Below are positions 43,901 to 58,750 of a DNA stretch of 64,000 nt, one piece after another. The notes below the pieces were generated by a model. That model was given only the letters and a program-made list of their open reading frames with translations, was not told where the DNA came from and ran no database searches. The position numbers and the translations under genes were made by a program. Each line of letters begins with the position of its first letter. Position 1 is the stretch's first letter. Location of the stretch: contig OZ024743.1 of NCBI GenBank assembly GCA_964016885.1, forward strand, positions 333,188,001-333,252,000, given 5' to 3'. This DNA comes from Eledone cirrhosa (lineage: Eukaryota).

Positions 43901-46900
43901 ACTACCTACATCAGTTGTTAGCTGTCGAGACACTGCTTCCTTTAAAACCTCCATGGAACAAACTACCTGCATCAGTTGTTAGCTGTCGAGACACTGCATC
44001 CTTTAAAACCTCCATGGAACAAATTACCTGCATCAGTTGTTAGCTGTCGAGACACTGCTTCCTTTAAAACCTCCATAGAACAAACTACCTGCATCAGTTG
44101 TTAGCTGTCGAGACACTGCATCCTTTAAAACCTCCATGGAACAAACTACCTGCATCAGTTGTTAGCTGTCGAGACACTGCATCCTTTAAAACCTCCATGG
44201 ATCAAACTACCTGCAACAGTTGCTAGCTGTCGAGACACTGCATCCTTTAAAACCTCCATGGAACAAACTACCTGCATCAGTTGCTAGCTGTCGAGACACT
44301 GCATCCTTTAAAACCTCCATGGAACAAACTACCTGCATCAGTTGTTAGCTGTCGAGACACTGCATCTTTTAAAACCTCCATGGAACAAACTACCTGCATC
44401 AGCTGTTAGCTATCGAGACACTGCATCCTTTAAAACCTCCATAGAACATACTACCTGCATCAGTTGTTAGCTGTCAGGACACTACATCCTTTAAAACCTC
44501 CATGGAACAAACTACCTGCATCAGTTGTTAGCTGTCAGGACACTGCATCCTTTAAAACCTCCATGGAACAAACTACCTGCATCAGTTGTTAGCTGTCGAG
44601 ACACTGCATCCTTTAAAACCTCCATGGAACAAACTACCTGCATCAGTTGTTAGCTGTCGAGACACTGCATCCTTTAAAACCTCCATGGAACAAACTACCT
44701 GCATCAGTTGTTAGCTGTCGAGACACTGCATCCTTTAAAACCTCCATGGAACAAATTACCTGCATCAGTTGTTAGCTGTCGAGACACTGTATCCTTTAAA
44801 ACCTCCATGGAACAAACTACCTGCATCAGTTGTTAGCTGTCATGACACTGCATCCTTTAAAACCTCCATGGAACAAACTACCTGCATCAGTTGTTAGCTG
44901 TCAAGACACTGCATCTTTTAAAACCTCCATGGAACAAACTACCTCCATCAGTTGTTAGTTGTCCGGACACTGCATCCTTTAAATCCTCCATGGAACAAAC
45001 TACCTGCATCAGTTGTTAGCTGTCGAGACACTGCATCTTTTAAAACCTCCATGGAACAAACTACCTGCATCAGCTGTTAGCTATCGAGACACTGCATCCT
45101 TTAAAACCTCCATAGAACATACTACCTGCATCAGTTGTTAGTTGTCAGGACACTACATCCTTTAAAACCTCCATGGAACAAACTACCTGCATCAGTTGTT
45201 AGCTGTCAGGACACTGCATCCTTTAAAACCTCCATGGAACAAACTACCTGCATCAGTTGTTAGCTGTCGAGACACTGCATCCTTTAAAACCTCCATGGAA
45301 CAAACTACCTGCATCAGTTGTTAGCTGTCGAGACACTGCATCCTTTAAAACCTCCATGGAACAAACTACCTGCATCAGTTGTTAGCTGTCGAGACACTGC
45401 ATCCTTTAAAACCTCCATGGATCAAACTACCTGCAACAGTTGCTAGCTATCGAGACACTGCACCCTTTAAAACCTCCATGGAACAAACTACCTACATCAG
45501 TTGTTAGCTGTCGAGACACTGCATCCTTTAAAACCTCCATGGAACAAACTACCTACATCAGTTGTTAGCTGTCGAGACACTGCATCCTTTAAAACCTCCA
45601 TGGAACAAACTACCTACATCAGTTGTTAGCTGTCGAGACACTGCTTCCTTTAAAACCTCCATAGAACAAACTACCTGCATCAGTTGTTAGCTGTCGAGAC
45701 ACTGCATCCTTTAAAACCTCCATGGAACAAACTACCTGCATCAGTTGTTAGCTGTCGAGACACTGCATCTTTTAAAACCTCCATGGAACAAACTACCTGC
45801 ATCAGCTGTTAGCTATCGAGACACTGCATCCTTTAAAACCTCCATAGAACATACTACCTGCATCAGTTGTTAGCTGTCGAGACACTGCATCCTTTAAAAC
45901 CCCCATGGAACAAACTACCTGCATCAGTTGTTAGCTGTCGAGACACTGCATCCTTTAAAACCTCCATGGAACAAACTACCTGCATCAGTTGTTAGCTGTC
46001 GAAACACTGCATCCTTTAAAACCTCCATGGAACAAACTACCTGAATCAGTTGTTAGCTGTCGAGACACTGCATCCTTTAAAACCCCCATGGAACAAACTA
46101 CCTGCATCAGTTGTTAGCTGTCGAGACACTGCATCCTTTAAAACCTCCATGGAACAAACTACCTACATCAGTAGTTAGCTGTCGAGACACTGCATCCTTT
46201 AAAACCTCCATGGAACAAACTGCCTGTATCAGTTGTTAGCTGTCGAGACACTGCATCCTTTAAAACCTCCATGGAACAAACTACCTACATCAGTTGTTAG
46301 CTGTCGAGACACTGCATCCTTTAAAACCTACATGGAACAAACTGCCTGATTCAGTTGTTAGCTGTCGAGACACTGCATCCTTTAAAACCTCCATGGAACA
46401 ACTACCTACATCAGTTGTTAGCTGTCGAGACACTGCATCCTTTAAAACCTCCATGGAACAAACTACCTGCATCAGTTGTTAGCTGTCGAGACACTGCATC
46501 CTTTAAAACCTCCATGGAACAAACTACCTGCATCAGTTGTTAGCTGTCGAGACACTGCATCCTTTAAAACCTCCATGGAACAAACTACCTGCATCAGTTG
46601 TTAGCTGTCGAGACACTGCATCCTTTAAAACCTCCATGGATCAAACTACCTGCAACAGTTGCTAGCTGTCGAGACACTGCATCCTTTAAAACCTCCATGG
46701 AACAAACTACCTGCATCAGTTGCTAGCTGTCGAGGCACTGCATCCTTTAAAACCTCCATGGAACAAACTACCTACATCAGTTGGTAGCTGTCGAGACACT
46801 GCATCCTTTAAAACCTCCATGGAACAAACTACCTACATCAGTTGTTAGCTGTCGAGACACTGCTTCCTTTAAAACCTCCATGGAACAAACTACCTGCATC

Positions 46901-49900
46901 AGTTGTTAGCTGTCGAGACACTGCATCCTTTAAAACCTCCATGGAACAAATTACCTGCATCAGTTGTTAGCTGTCGAGACACTGCTTCCTTTAAAACCTC
47001 CATAGAACAAACTACCTGCATCAGTTGTTAGCTGTCGAGACACTGCATCCTTTAAAACCTCCATGGAACAAACTACCTGCATCAGTTGTTAGCTGTCGAG
47101 ACACTGCATCCTTTAAAACCTCCATGGATCAAACTACCTGCAACAGTTGCTAGCTGTCGAGACACTGCATCCTTTAAAACCTCCATGGAACAAACTACCT
47201 GCATCAGTTGCTAGCTGTCGAGACACTGCATCCTTTAAAACCTCCATGGAACAAACTACCTGCATCAGTTGTTAGCTGTCGAGACACTGCATCTTTTAAA
47301 ACCTCCATGGAACAAACTACCTGCATCAGCTGTTAGCTATCGAGACACTGCATCCTTTAAAACCTCCATAGAACATACTACCTGCATCAGTTGTTAGCTG
47401 TCAGGACACTACATCCTTTAAAACCTCCATGGAACAAACTACCTGCATCAGTTGTTAGCTGTCAGGACACTGCATCCTTTAAAACCTCCATGGAACAAAC
47501 TACCTGCATCAGTTGTTAGCTGTCGAGACACTGCATCCTTTAAAACCTCCATGGAACAAACTACCTGCATCAGTTGTTAGCTGTCGAGACACTGCATCCT
47601 TTAAAACCTCCATGGAACAAACTACCTGCATCAGTTGTTAGCTGTCGAGACACTGCATCCTTTAAAACCTCCATGGAACAAATTACCTGCATCAGTTGTT
47701 AGCTGTCGAGACACTGTATCCTTTAAAACCTCCATGGAACAAACTACCTGCATCAGTTGTTAGCTGTCATGACACTGCATCCTTTAAAACCTCCATGGAA
47801 CAAACTACCTGCATCAGTTGTTAGCTGTCAAGACACTGCATCTTTTAAAACCTCCATGGAACAAACTACCTCCATCAGTTGTTAGTTGTCCGGACACTGC
47901 ATCCTTTAAATCCTCCATGGAACAAACTACCTGCATCAGTTGTTAGCTGTCGAGACACTGCATCTTTTAAAACCTCCATGGAACAAACTACCTGCATCAG
48001 CTGTTAGCTATCGAGACACTGCATCCTTTAAAACCTCCATAGAACATACTACCTGCATCAGTTGTTAGTTGTCAGGACACTACATCCTTTAAAACCTCCA
48101 TGGAACAAACTACCTGCATCAGTTGTTAGCTGTCAGGACACTGCATCCTTTAAAACCTCCATGGAACAAACTACCTGCATCAGTTGTTAGCTGTCGAGAC
48201 ACTGCATCCTTTAAAACCTCCATGGAACAAACTACCTGCATCAGTTGTTAGCTGTCGAGACACTGCATCCTTTAAAACCTCCATGGAACAAACTACCTGC
48301 ATCAGTTGTTAGCTGTCGAGACACTGCATCCTTTAAAACCTCCATGGATCAAACTACCTGCAACAGTTGCTAGCTATCGAGACACTGCACCCTTTAAAAC
48401 CTCCATGGAACAAACTACCTACATCAGTTGTTAGCTGTCGAGACACTGCATCCTTTAAAACCTCCATGGAACAAACTACCTACATCAGTTGTTAGCTGTC
48501 GAGACACTGCATCCTTTAAAACCTCCATGGAACAAACTACCTACATCAGTTGTTAGCTGTCGAGACACTGCTTCCTTTAAAACCTCCATAGAACAAACTA
48601 CCTGCATCAGTTGTTAGCTGTCGAGACACTGCATCCTTTAAAACCTCCATGGAACAAACTACCTGCATCAGTTGTTAGCTGTCGAGACACTGCATCTTTT
48701 AAAACCTCCATGGAACAAACTACCTGCATCAGCTGTTAGCTATCGAGACACTGCATCCTTTAAAACCTCCATAGAACATACTACCTGCATCAGTTGTTAG
48801 CTGTCAGGACTCTACATCCTTTAAAACCTCCATGGAACAAACTACCTGCATCAGTTGTTAGCTGTCAAGACACTGCATCCTTTAAAACCTCCATGGAACA
48901 AACTACCTGCATCAGTTGTTAGTTGTCCGGACACTGCATCCTTTAAAACCTCCATGGAACAAACTACCTGCATCAGTTGTTAGCTGTCGAGACACTGCAT
49001 CTTTTAAAACCTCCATGGAACAAACTACCTGCATCAGCTGTTAGCTATCGAGACACTGCATCCTTTAAAACCTCCATAGAACATACTACCTGCATCAGTT
49101 GTTAGCTGTCAGGACACTACATCCTTTAAAACCTCCATGGAACAAACTACCTGCATCAGTTGTTAGCTGTCAGGACACTGCATCCTTTAAAACCTCCATG
49201 GAACAAACTACCTGCATCAGTTGTTAGCTGTCGAGACACTGCATCCTTTAAAACCTCCATGGAACAAACTACCTGCATCAGTTGTTAGCTGTCGAGACAC
49301 TGCATCCTTTAAAACCTCCATGGAACAAACTACCTGCATCAGTTGTTAGCTGTCGAAACACTGCATCCTTTAAAACCTCCATGGAACAAACTACCTGAAT
49401 CAGTTGTTAGCTGTCGAGACACTGCATCCTTTAAAACCCCCATGGAACAAACTACCTGCATCAGTTGTTAGCTGTCGAGACACTGCATCCTTTAAAACCT
49501 CCATGGAACAAACTACCTACATCAGTAGTTAGCTGTCGAGACACTGCATCCTTTAAAACCTCCATGGAACAAACTGCCTGTATCAGTTGTTAGCTGTCGA
49601 GACACTGCATCCTTTAAAACCTCCATGGAACAAACTACCTACATCAGTTGTTAGCTGTCGAGACACTGCATCCTTTAAAACCTCCATGGAACAAACTGCC
49701 TGATTCAGTTGTTAGCTGTCGAGACACTGCATCCTTTAAAACCTCCATGGAACAACTACCTACATCAGTTGTTAGCTGTCGAGACACTGCATCCTTTAAA
49801 ACCTCCATGGAACAAACTACCTGCATCAGTTGTTAGCTGTCGAGACACTGCATCCTTTAAAACCTCCATGGAACAAACTACCTGCATCAGTTGTTAGCTG

Positions 49901-50350
49901 TCGAGACACTGCATCCTTTAAAACCTCCATGGAACAAACTACCTGCATCAGTTGTTAGCTGTCGAGACACTGCATCCTTTAAAACCTCCATGGATCAAAC
50001 TACCTGCAACAGTTGCTAGCTGTCGAGACACTGCATCCTTTAAAACCTCCATGGAACAAACTACCTGCATCAGTTGCTAGCTGTCGAGGCACTGCATCCT
50101 TTAAAACCTCCATGGAACAAACTACCTACATCAGTTGGTAGCTGTCGAGACACTGCATCCTTTAAAACCTCCATGGAACAAACTACCTACATCAGTTGTT
50201 AGCTGTCGAGACACTGCTTCCTTTAAAACCTCCATGGAACAAACTACCTGCATCAGTTGTTAGCTGTCGAGACACTGCATCCTTTAAAACCTCCATGGAA
50301 CAAATTACCTGCATCAGTTGTTAGCTGTCGAGACACTGTATCCTTTAAAA
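41000..50350. repeat. Three related higher-order units with 48- and 55-monomer periods
   Basis: TTTAAATCC at 41630, 44984 and 47911 (spacings 3354 and 2927). AACAACT deletion monomers near 43474, 46401 and 49755 (spacings 2927 and 3354). GGACTCTAC at 42530 and 48811 (spacing 6281). Confidence 0.82.
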
Positions 50351-52399
50351 CCTCCATGGAACAAACTACCTGCATCAGTTGTTAGCTGTCATGACACTGC
50401 ATCCTTTAAAACCTCCATGGAACAAACTACCTGCATCAGTTGTTAGCTGTCAAGACACTGCATCCTTTAAAACCTCCATGGAACAAATTACCTGCATCAG
50501 TTGTTAGCTGTCGAGACACTGTATCCTTTAAAACCTCCATGGAACAAACTACCTGCATCAGTTGTTAGCTGTCATGACACTGCATCCTTTAAAACCTCCA
50601 TGGAACAAACTACCTGCATCAGTTGTTAGCTGTCAAGACACTGCATCCTTTAAAACCTCCATGGAACAAACTACCTGCATCAGTTGTTAGTTGTCCGGAC
50701 ACTGCATCCTTTAAAACCTCCATGGAACAAACTACCTGCATCAGTTGTTAGCTGTCGAGACACTGCATCTTTTAAAACCTCCATGGAACAAACTACCTGC
50801 ATCAGCTGTTAGCTATCGAGACACTGCATCCTTTAAAACCTCCATAGAACATACTACCTGCATCAGTTGTTAGCTGTCAGGACACTACATCCTTTAAAAC
50901 CTCCATGGAACAAACTACCTGCATCAGTTGTTAGCTGTCAGGACACTGCATCCTTTAAAACCTCCATGGAACAAACTACCTGCATCAGTTGTTAGCTGTC
51001 GAGACACTGCATCCTTTAAAACCTCCATGGAACAAACTACCTGCATCAGTTGTTAGCTGTCGAGACACTGCATCCTTTAAAACCTCCATGGAACAAACTA
51101 CCTGCATCAGTTGTTAGCTGTCGAGACACTGCATCCTTTAAAACCTCCATGGATCAAACTACCTGCAACAGTTGCTAGCTATCGAGACACTGCACCCTTT
51201 AAAACCTCCATGGAACAAACTACCTACATCAGTTGTTAGCTGTCGAGACACTGCATCCTTTAAAACCTCCATGGAACAAACTACCTACATCAGTTGTTAG
51301 CTGTCGAGACACTGCATCCTTTAAAACCTCCATGGAACAAACTACCTACATCAGTTGTTAGCTGTCGAGACACTGCTTCCTTTAAAACCTCCATAGAACA
51401 AACTACCTGCATCAGTTGTTAGCTGTCGAGACACTGCATCCTTTAAAACCTCCATGGAACAAACTACCTGAATCAGTTGTTAGCTGTCGAGACACTGCAT
51501 CCTTTAAAACCTCCATGGAACAAACTACCTGCATCAGTTGTTAGCTGTTGAGACACTGCTTCCTTTAAAACCTCCATGGAACAAACTACCTGCATCAGTT
51601 GTTAGCTGTCGAGACACTGCATCCTTTAAAACCTCCATGGAACAAACTACCTGCATCAGTTGTTAGCTGTCGAGACACTGCATCCTTTAAAACCTCCATG
51701 GAACAAACTACCTGCATCAGTTGTTAGCTGTCGAGACACTGCACCCTTTAAAACCTCCATGGATCAAACTACCTGCAACAGTTGCTAGCTGTCGAGACAC
51801 TGCATCCGTTAAAACCTCCATGGAACAAACTACCTACATCAGTTGTTAGCTGTCGAGACACTGCATCCTTTAAAACCTCCATGGAACAAACTACCTACAT
51901 CAGTTGTTAGCTGTTGAGACACTGCTTCCTTTAAAACCTCCATGGAATAAACTACCTGCATCAGTTGTTAGCTGTCGAGACACTGCATCCTTTAAAACCT
52001 CCATGGAACAAACTACCTGCATCAGTTGTTAGCTGTCGAGACACTGCATCCTTTAAAACCTCCATGGAACAAACTACCTGCATCAGTTGTTAGCTGTCGA
52101 GACACTGCATCCTTTTAAACCTCCATGGAACAAACTACCTGCATCAGTAGTTAGCTGTCGAGACACTGCATCCTTTAAAACCTCCATGGAACAAACTACC
52201 TGCATCAGTAGTTAGCTGTCGAGACACTGCATCCTTTAAAACCTCCATGGAACAAACTGCCTGATTCAGTTGTTAGCTGTCGAGACACTGCATCCTTTAA
52301 AACCTCCATGGAACAAACTACCTACATCAGTTGTTAGCTGTCGAGACACTGCATCCTTTAAAACCTCCATGGAACAAACTACCTGCATCAGTTGTTAGC

Positions 52400-55300
52400 T
52401 GTCGAGACACTGCATCCTTTAAAACCTCCATGGAACAAACTACCTGCATCAGTTGTTAGCTGTCAAGACACTGCATCCTTTAAAACCTCCATGGATCAAA
52501 CTACCTGCAACAGTTGCTAGCTGTCGAGACACTGCATCCTTTAAAACCTCCATGGAACAAACTACCTGCATCAGTTGCTAGCTGTCGAGACACTGCATCC
52601 TTTAAAACCTCCATGGAACAAACTACCTACATCAGTTGGTAGATGTCGAGACACTGCATCCTTTAAAACCTCCATGGAACAAACTACCTACATCAGTTGT
52701 TAGCTGTCGAGACACTGCTTCCTTTAAAACCTCCATGGAACAAACTACCTGCATCAGTTGTTAGCTGTCGAGACACTGCATCCTTTAAAACCTCCATGGA
52801 ACAAATTACCTGCATCAGTTGTTAGCTGTCGAGACACTGTATCCTTTAAAACCTCCATGGAACAAACTACCTGCATCAGTTGTTAGCTGTCATGACACTG
52901 CATCCTTTAAAACCTCCATGGAACAAACTACCTGCATCAGTTGTTAGCTGTCAAGACACTGCATCCTTTAAAACCTCCATGGAACAAACTACCTGCATCA
53001 GTTGTTAGTTGTCCGGACACTGCATCCTTTAAAACCTCCATGGAACAAACTACCTGCATCAGTTGTTAGCTGTCGAGACACTGCATCTTTTAAAACCTCC
53101 ATGGAACAAACTACCTGCATCAGCTGTTAGCTATCGAGACACTGCATCCTTTAAAACCTCCATAGAACATACTACCTGCATCAGTTGTTAGCTGTCAGGA
53201 CACTACATCCTTTAAAACCTCCATGGAACAAACTACCTGCATCAGTTGTTAGCTGTCAGGACACTGCATCCTTTAAAACCTCCATGGAACAAACTACCTG
53301 CATCAGTTGTTAGCTGTCGAGACACTGCATCATTTAAAACCTCCATGGAACAAACTACCTGCATCAGTTGTTAGCTGTCGAGACACTGCATCCTTTAAAA
53401 CCTCCATGGAACAAACTACCTGCATCAGTTGTTAGCTGTCGAAACACTGCATCCTTTAAAACCTCCATGGAACAAACTACCTGAATCAGTTGTTAGCTGT
53501 CGAGACACTGCATCCTTTAAAACCTCCATGGAACAAACTACCTGCATCAGTTGTTAGCTGTCGAGACACTGCATCCTTTAAAACCTCCATGGAACAAACT
53601 ACCTACATCAGTAGTTAGCTGTCGAGACACTGCATCCTTTAAAACCTCCATGGAACAAACTGCCTGTATCAGTTGTTAGCTGTCGAGACACTGCATCCTT
53701 TAAAACCTCCATGGAACAATCTACCTACATCAGTTGTTAGCTGTCGAGACACTGCATCCTTTAAAACCTCCATGGAACAAACTACCTGCATCAGTTGTTA
53801 GCTGTCGAGACACTGCATCCTTTAAAACCTCCATGGAACAAACTACCTGCATCAGTTGTTAGCTGTCGAGACACTGCATCCTTTAAAACCTCCATGGAAC
53901 AAACTACCTGCATCAGTTGTTAGCTGTCGAGACACTGCATCCTTTAAAACCTCCATGGATCAAACTACCTGCAACAGTTGCTAGCTATCGAGACACTGCA
54001 CCCTTTAAAACCTCCATGGAACAAACTACCTACATCAGTTGTTAGCTGTCGAGACACTGCATCCTTTAAAACCTCCATGGAACAAACTACCTACATCAGT
54101 TGTTAGCTGTCGAGACACTGCATCCTTTAAAACCTCCATGGAACAAACTACCTACATCAGTTGTTAGCTGTCGAGACACTGCTTCCTTTAAAACCTCCAT
54201 AGAAAAACTACCTGCATCAGTTGTTAGCTGTCGAGACACTGCATCCTTTAAAACCTCCATGGAACAAACTACCTGCATCAGTTGTTAGCTGTCGAGACAC
54301 TGCATCCTTTAAAACCTCCATGGATCAAACTACCTGCAACAGTTGCTAGCTGTCGAGACACTGCATCCTTTAAAACCTCCATGGAACAAACTACCTGCAT
54401 CAGTTGCTAGCTGTCGAGACACTGAATCCTTTAAAACCTCCATGGAACAAACTACCTACATCAGTTGGTAGCTGTCGAGACACTGCATCCTTTAAAACCT
54501 CCATGGAACAAACTACCTACATCAGTTGTTAGCTGTCGAGACACTGCTTCCTTTAAAACCTCCATGGAACAAACTACCTGCATCAGTTGTTAGCTGTCGA
54601 GACACTGCATCCTTTAAAACCTCCATGGAACAAATTACCTGCATCAGTTGTTAGCTGTCGAGACACTGTATCCTTTAAAACCTCCATGGAACAAACTACC
54701 TGCATCAGTTGTTAGCTGTCATGACACTGCATCCTTTAAAACCTCCATGGAACAAACTACCTGCATCAGTTGTTAGCTGTCGAGACACTGCATCCTTTAA
54801 AACCTCCATGGAACAAACTACCTGCATCAGTTGTTAGCTGTCAAGACACTGCATCCTTTAAAACCTCCATGGATCAAACTACCTGCAACAGTTGCTAGCT
54901 GTCGAGACACTGCATCCTTTAAAACCTCCATGGAACAAACTACCTGCATCAGTTGCTAGCTGTCGAGACACTGCATCCTTTAAAACCTCCATGGAACAAA
55001 CTACCTACATCAGTTGGTAGCTGTCGAGACACTGCATCCTTTAAAACCTCCATGGAACAAACTACCTACATCAGTTGTTAGCTGTCGAGACACTGCTTCC
55101 TTTAAAACCTCCATGGAACAAACTACCTGCATCAGTTGTTAGCTGTCGAGACACTGCATCCTTTAAAACCTCCATGGAACAAATTACCTGCATCAGTTGT
55201 TAGCTGTCGAGACACTGTATCCTTTAAAACCTCCATGGAACAAACTACCTGCATCAGTTGTTAGCTGTCATGACACTGCATCCTTTAAAACCTCCATGGA

Positions 55301-58300
55301 ACAAACTACCTGCATCAGTTGTTAGCTGTCAAGACACTGCATCCTTTAAAACCTCCATGGAACAAACTACCTGCATCAGTTGTTAGTTGTCCGGACACTG
55401 CATCCTTTAAAACCTCCATGGAACAAACTACCTGCATCAGTTGTTAGCTGTCGAGACACTGCATCTTTTAAAACCTCCATGGAACAAACTACCTGCATCA
55501 GCTGTTAGCTATCGAGACACTGCATCCTTTAAAACCTCCATAGAACATACTACCTGCATCAGTTGTTAGCTGTCAGGACACTACATCCTTTAAAACCTCC
55601 ATGGAACAAACTACCTGCATCAGTTGTTAGCTGTCAGGACACTGCATCCTTTAAAACCTCCATGGAACAAACTACCTGCATCAGTTGTTAGCTGTCGAGA
55701 CACTGCATCCTTTAAAACCTCCATGGAACAAACTACCTGCATCAGTTGTTAGCTGTCGAGACACTGCATCCTTTAAAACCTCCATGGAACAAACTACCTG
55801 CATCAGTTGTTAGCTGTCGAAACACTGCATCCTTTAAAACCTCCATGGAACAAACTACCTGAATCAGTTGTTAGCTGTCGAGACACTGCATCCTTTAAAA
55901 CCTCCATGGAACAAACTACCTGCATCAGTTGTTAGCTGTCGAGACACTGCATCCTTTAAAACCTCCATGGAACAAACTACCTACATCAGTAGTTAGCTGT
56001 CGAGACACTGCATCCTTTAAAACCTCCATGGAACAAACTGCCTGTATCAGTTGTTAGCTGTCGAGACACTGCATCCTTTAAAACCTCCATGGAACAATCT
56101 ACCTACATCAGTTGTTAGCTGTCGAGACACTGCATCCTTTAAAACCTCCATGGAACAAACTACCTGCATCAGTTGTTAGCTGTCGAGACACTGCATCCTT
56201 TAAAACCTCCATGGAACAAACTACCTGCATCAGTTGTTAGCTGTCGAGACACTGCATCCTTTAAAACCTCCATGGAACAAACTACCTGCATCAGTTGTTA
56301 GCTGTCGAGACACTGCATCCTTTAAAACCTCCATGGATCAAACTACCTGCAACAGTTGCTAGCTATCGAGACACTGCACCCTTTAAAACCTCCATGGAAC
56401 AAACTACCTACATCAGTTGTTAGCTGTCGAGACACTGCATCCTTTAAAACCTCCATTGAACAAACTACCTACATCAGTTGTTAGCTGTCGAGACACTGCA
56501 TCCTTTAAAACCTCCATGGAACAAACTACCTACATCAGTTGTTAGCTGTCGAGACACTGCTTCCTTTAAAACCTCCATAGAACAAACTACCTGCATCAGT
56601 TGTTAGCTGTCGAGACACTGCATCCTTTAAAACCTCCATGGAACAAACTACCTGCATCAGTTGTTAGCTGTCGAGACACTGCATCCTTTAAAACCTCCAT
56701 GGATCAAACTACCTGCAACAGTTGCTAGCTGTCGAGACACTGCATCCTTTAAAACCTCCATGTAACAAACTACCTGCATCAGTTGCTAGCTGTCGAGACA
56801 CTGAATCCTTTAAAACCTCCATGGAACAAACTACCTACATCAGTTGGTAGCTGTCGAGACACTGCATCCTTTAAAACCTCCATGGAACAAACTACCTACA
56901 TCAGTTGTTAGCTGTCGAGACACTGCTTCCTTTAAAACCTCCATGGAACAAACTACCTGCATCAGTTGTTAGCTGTCGAGACACTGCATCCTTTAAAACC
57001 TCCATGGAACAAATTACCTGCATCAGTTGTTAGCTGTCGAGACACTGTATCCTTTAAAACCTCCATGGAACAAACTACCTGCATCAGTTGTTAGCTGTCA
57101 TGACACTGCATCCTTTAAAACCTCCATGGAACAAACTACCTGCATCAGTTGTTAGCTGTCGAGACACTGCATCCTTTAAAACCTCCATGGAACAAACTAC
57201 CTACATCAGTAGTTAGCTGTCGAGACACTGCATCCTTTAAAACCTCCATGGAACAAACTGCCTGTATCAGTTGTTAGCTGTCGAGACACTGCATCCTTTA
57301 AAACCTCCATGGAACAATCTACCTACATCAGTTGTTAGCTGTCGAGACACTGCATCCTTTAAAACCTCCATGGAACAAACTACCTGCATCAGTTGTTAGC
57401 TGTCGAGACACTGCATCCTTTAAAACCTCCATGGAACAAACTACCTGCATCAGTTGTTAGCTGTCGAGACACTGCATCCTTTAAAACCTCCATGGAACAA
57501 ACTACCTGCATCAGTTGTTAGCTGTCGAGACACTGCATCCTTTAAAACCTCCATGGATCAAACTACCTGCAACAGTTGCTAGCTATCGAGACACTGCACC
57601 CTTTAAAACCTCCATGGAACAAACTACCTACATCAGTTGTTAGCTGTCGAGACACTGCATCCTTTAAAACCTCCATGGAACAAACTACCTACATCAGTTG
57701 TTAGCTGTCGAGACACTGCATCCTTTAAAACCTCCATGGAACAAACTACCTACATCAGTTGTTAGCTGTCGAGACACTGCTTCCTTTAAAACCTCCATAG
57801 AACAAACTACCTGCATCAGTTGTTAGCTGTCGAGACACTGCATCCTTTAAAACCTCCATGGAACAAACTACCTGCATCAGTTGTTAGCTGTCGAGACACT
57901 GCATCCTTTAAAACCTCCATGGATCAAACTACCTGCAACAGTTGCTAGCTGTCGAGACACTGCATCCTTTAAAACCTCCATGGAACAAACTACCTGCATC
58001 AGTTGCTAGCTGTCGAGACACTGAATCCTTTAAAACCTCCATGGAACAAACTACCTACATCAGTTGGTAGCTGTCGAGACACTGCATCCTTTAAAACCTC
58101 CATGGAACAAACTACCTACATCAGTTGTTAGCTGTCGAGACACTGCTTCCTTTAAAACCTCCATGGAACAAACTACCTGCATCAGTTGTTAGCTGTCGAG
58201 ACACTGCATCCTTTAAAACCTCCATGGAACAAATTACCTGCATCAGTTGTTAGCTGTCGAGACACTGTATCCTTTAAAACCTCCATGGAACAAACTACCT

Positions 58301-58750
58301 GCATCAGTTGTTAGCTGTCATGACACTGCATCCTTTAAAACCTCCATGGAACAAACTACCTGCATCAGTTGTTAGCTGTCAAGACACTGCATCCTTTAAA
58401 ACCTCCATGGAACAAACTACCTGCATCAGTTGTTAGTTGTCCGGACACTGCATCCTTTAAAACCTCCATGGAACAAACTACCTGCATCAGTTGTTAGCTG
58501 TCGAGACACTGCATCTTTTAAAACCTCCATGGAACAAACTACCTGCATCAGCTGTTAGCTATCGAGACACTGCATCCTTTAAAACCTCCATAGAACATAC
58601 TACCTGCATCAGTTGTTAGCTGTCAGGACACTACATCCTTTAAAACCTCCATGGAACAAACTACCTGCATCAGTTGTTAGCTGTCAGGACACTGCATCCT
58701 TTAAAACCTCCATGGAACAAACTACCTGCATCAGTTGTTAGCTGTCGAGA
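52400..58750. repeat. 39-monomer and 20-monomer higher-order duplications
   Basis: GGAACAATCT at 53720, 56098 and 57318 (spacings 2378 = 39x61-1 and 1220 = 20x61). Each is followed by the same GATC/TATCG/GCACCC and CCATAG series. Confidence 0.78.

Noticed and set aside
2678-54288. All 60-123 aa ORFs in the track (MLAVETLHPLKPPWNK..., MQVVCSMEVLKDAVSRQL...)
   Set aside because: They are translations of the 61-bp repeat. Because 61 is not a multiple of 3, every frame meets a stop within three monomers. ORFs pass 60 aa only where an indel or a TAG-destroying substitution (about 31175) occurs, and they appear on both strands at the same places.
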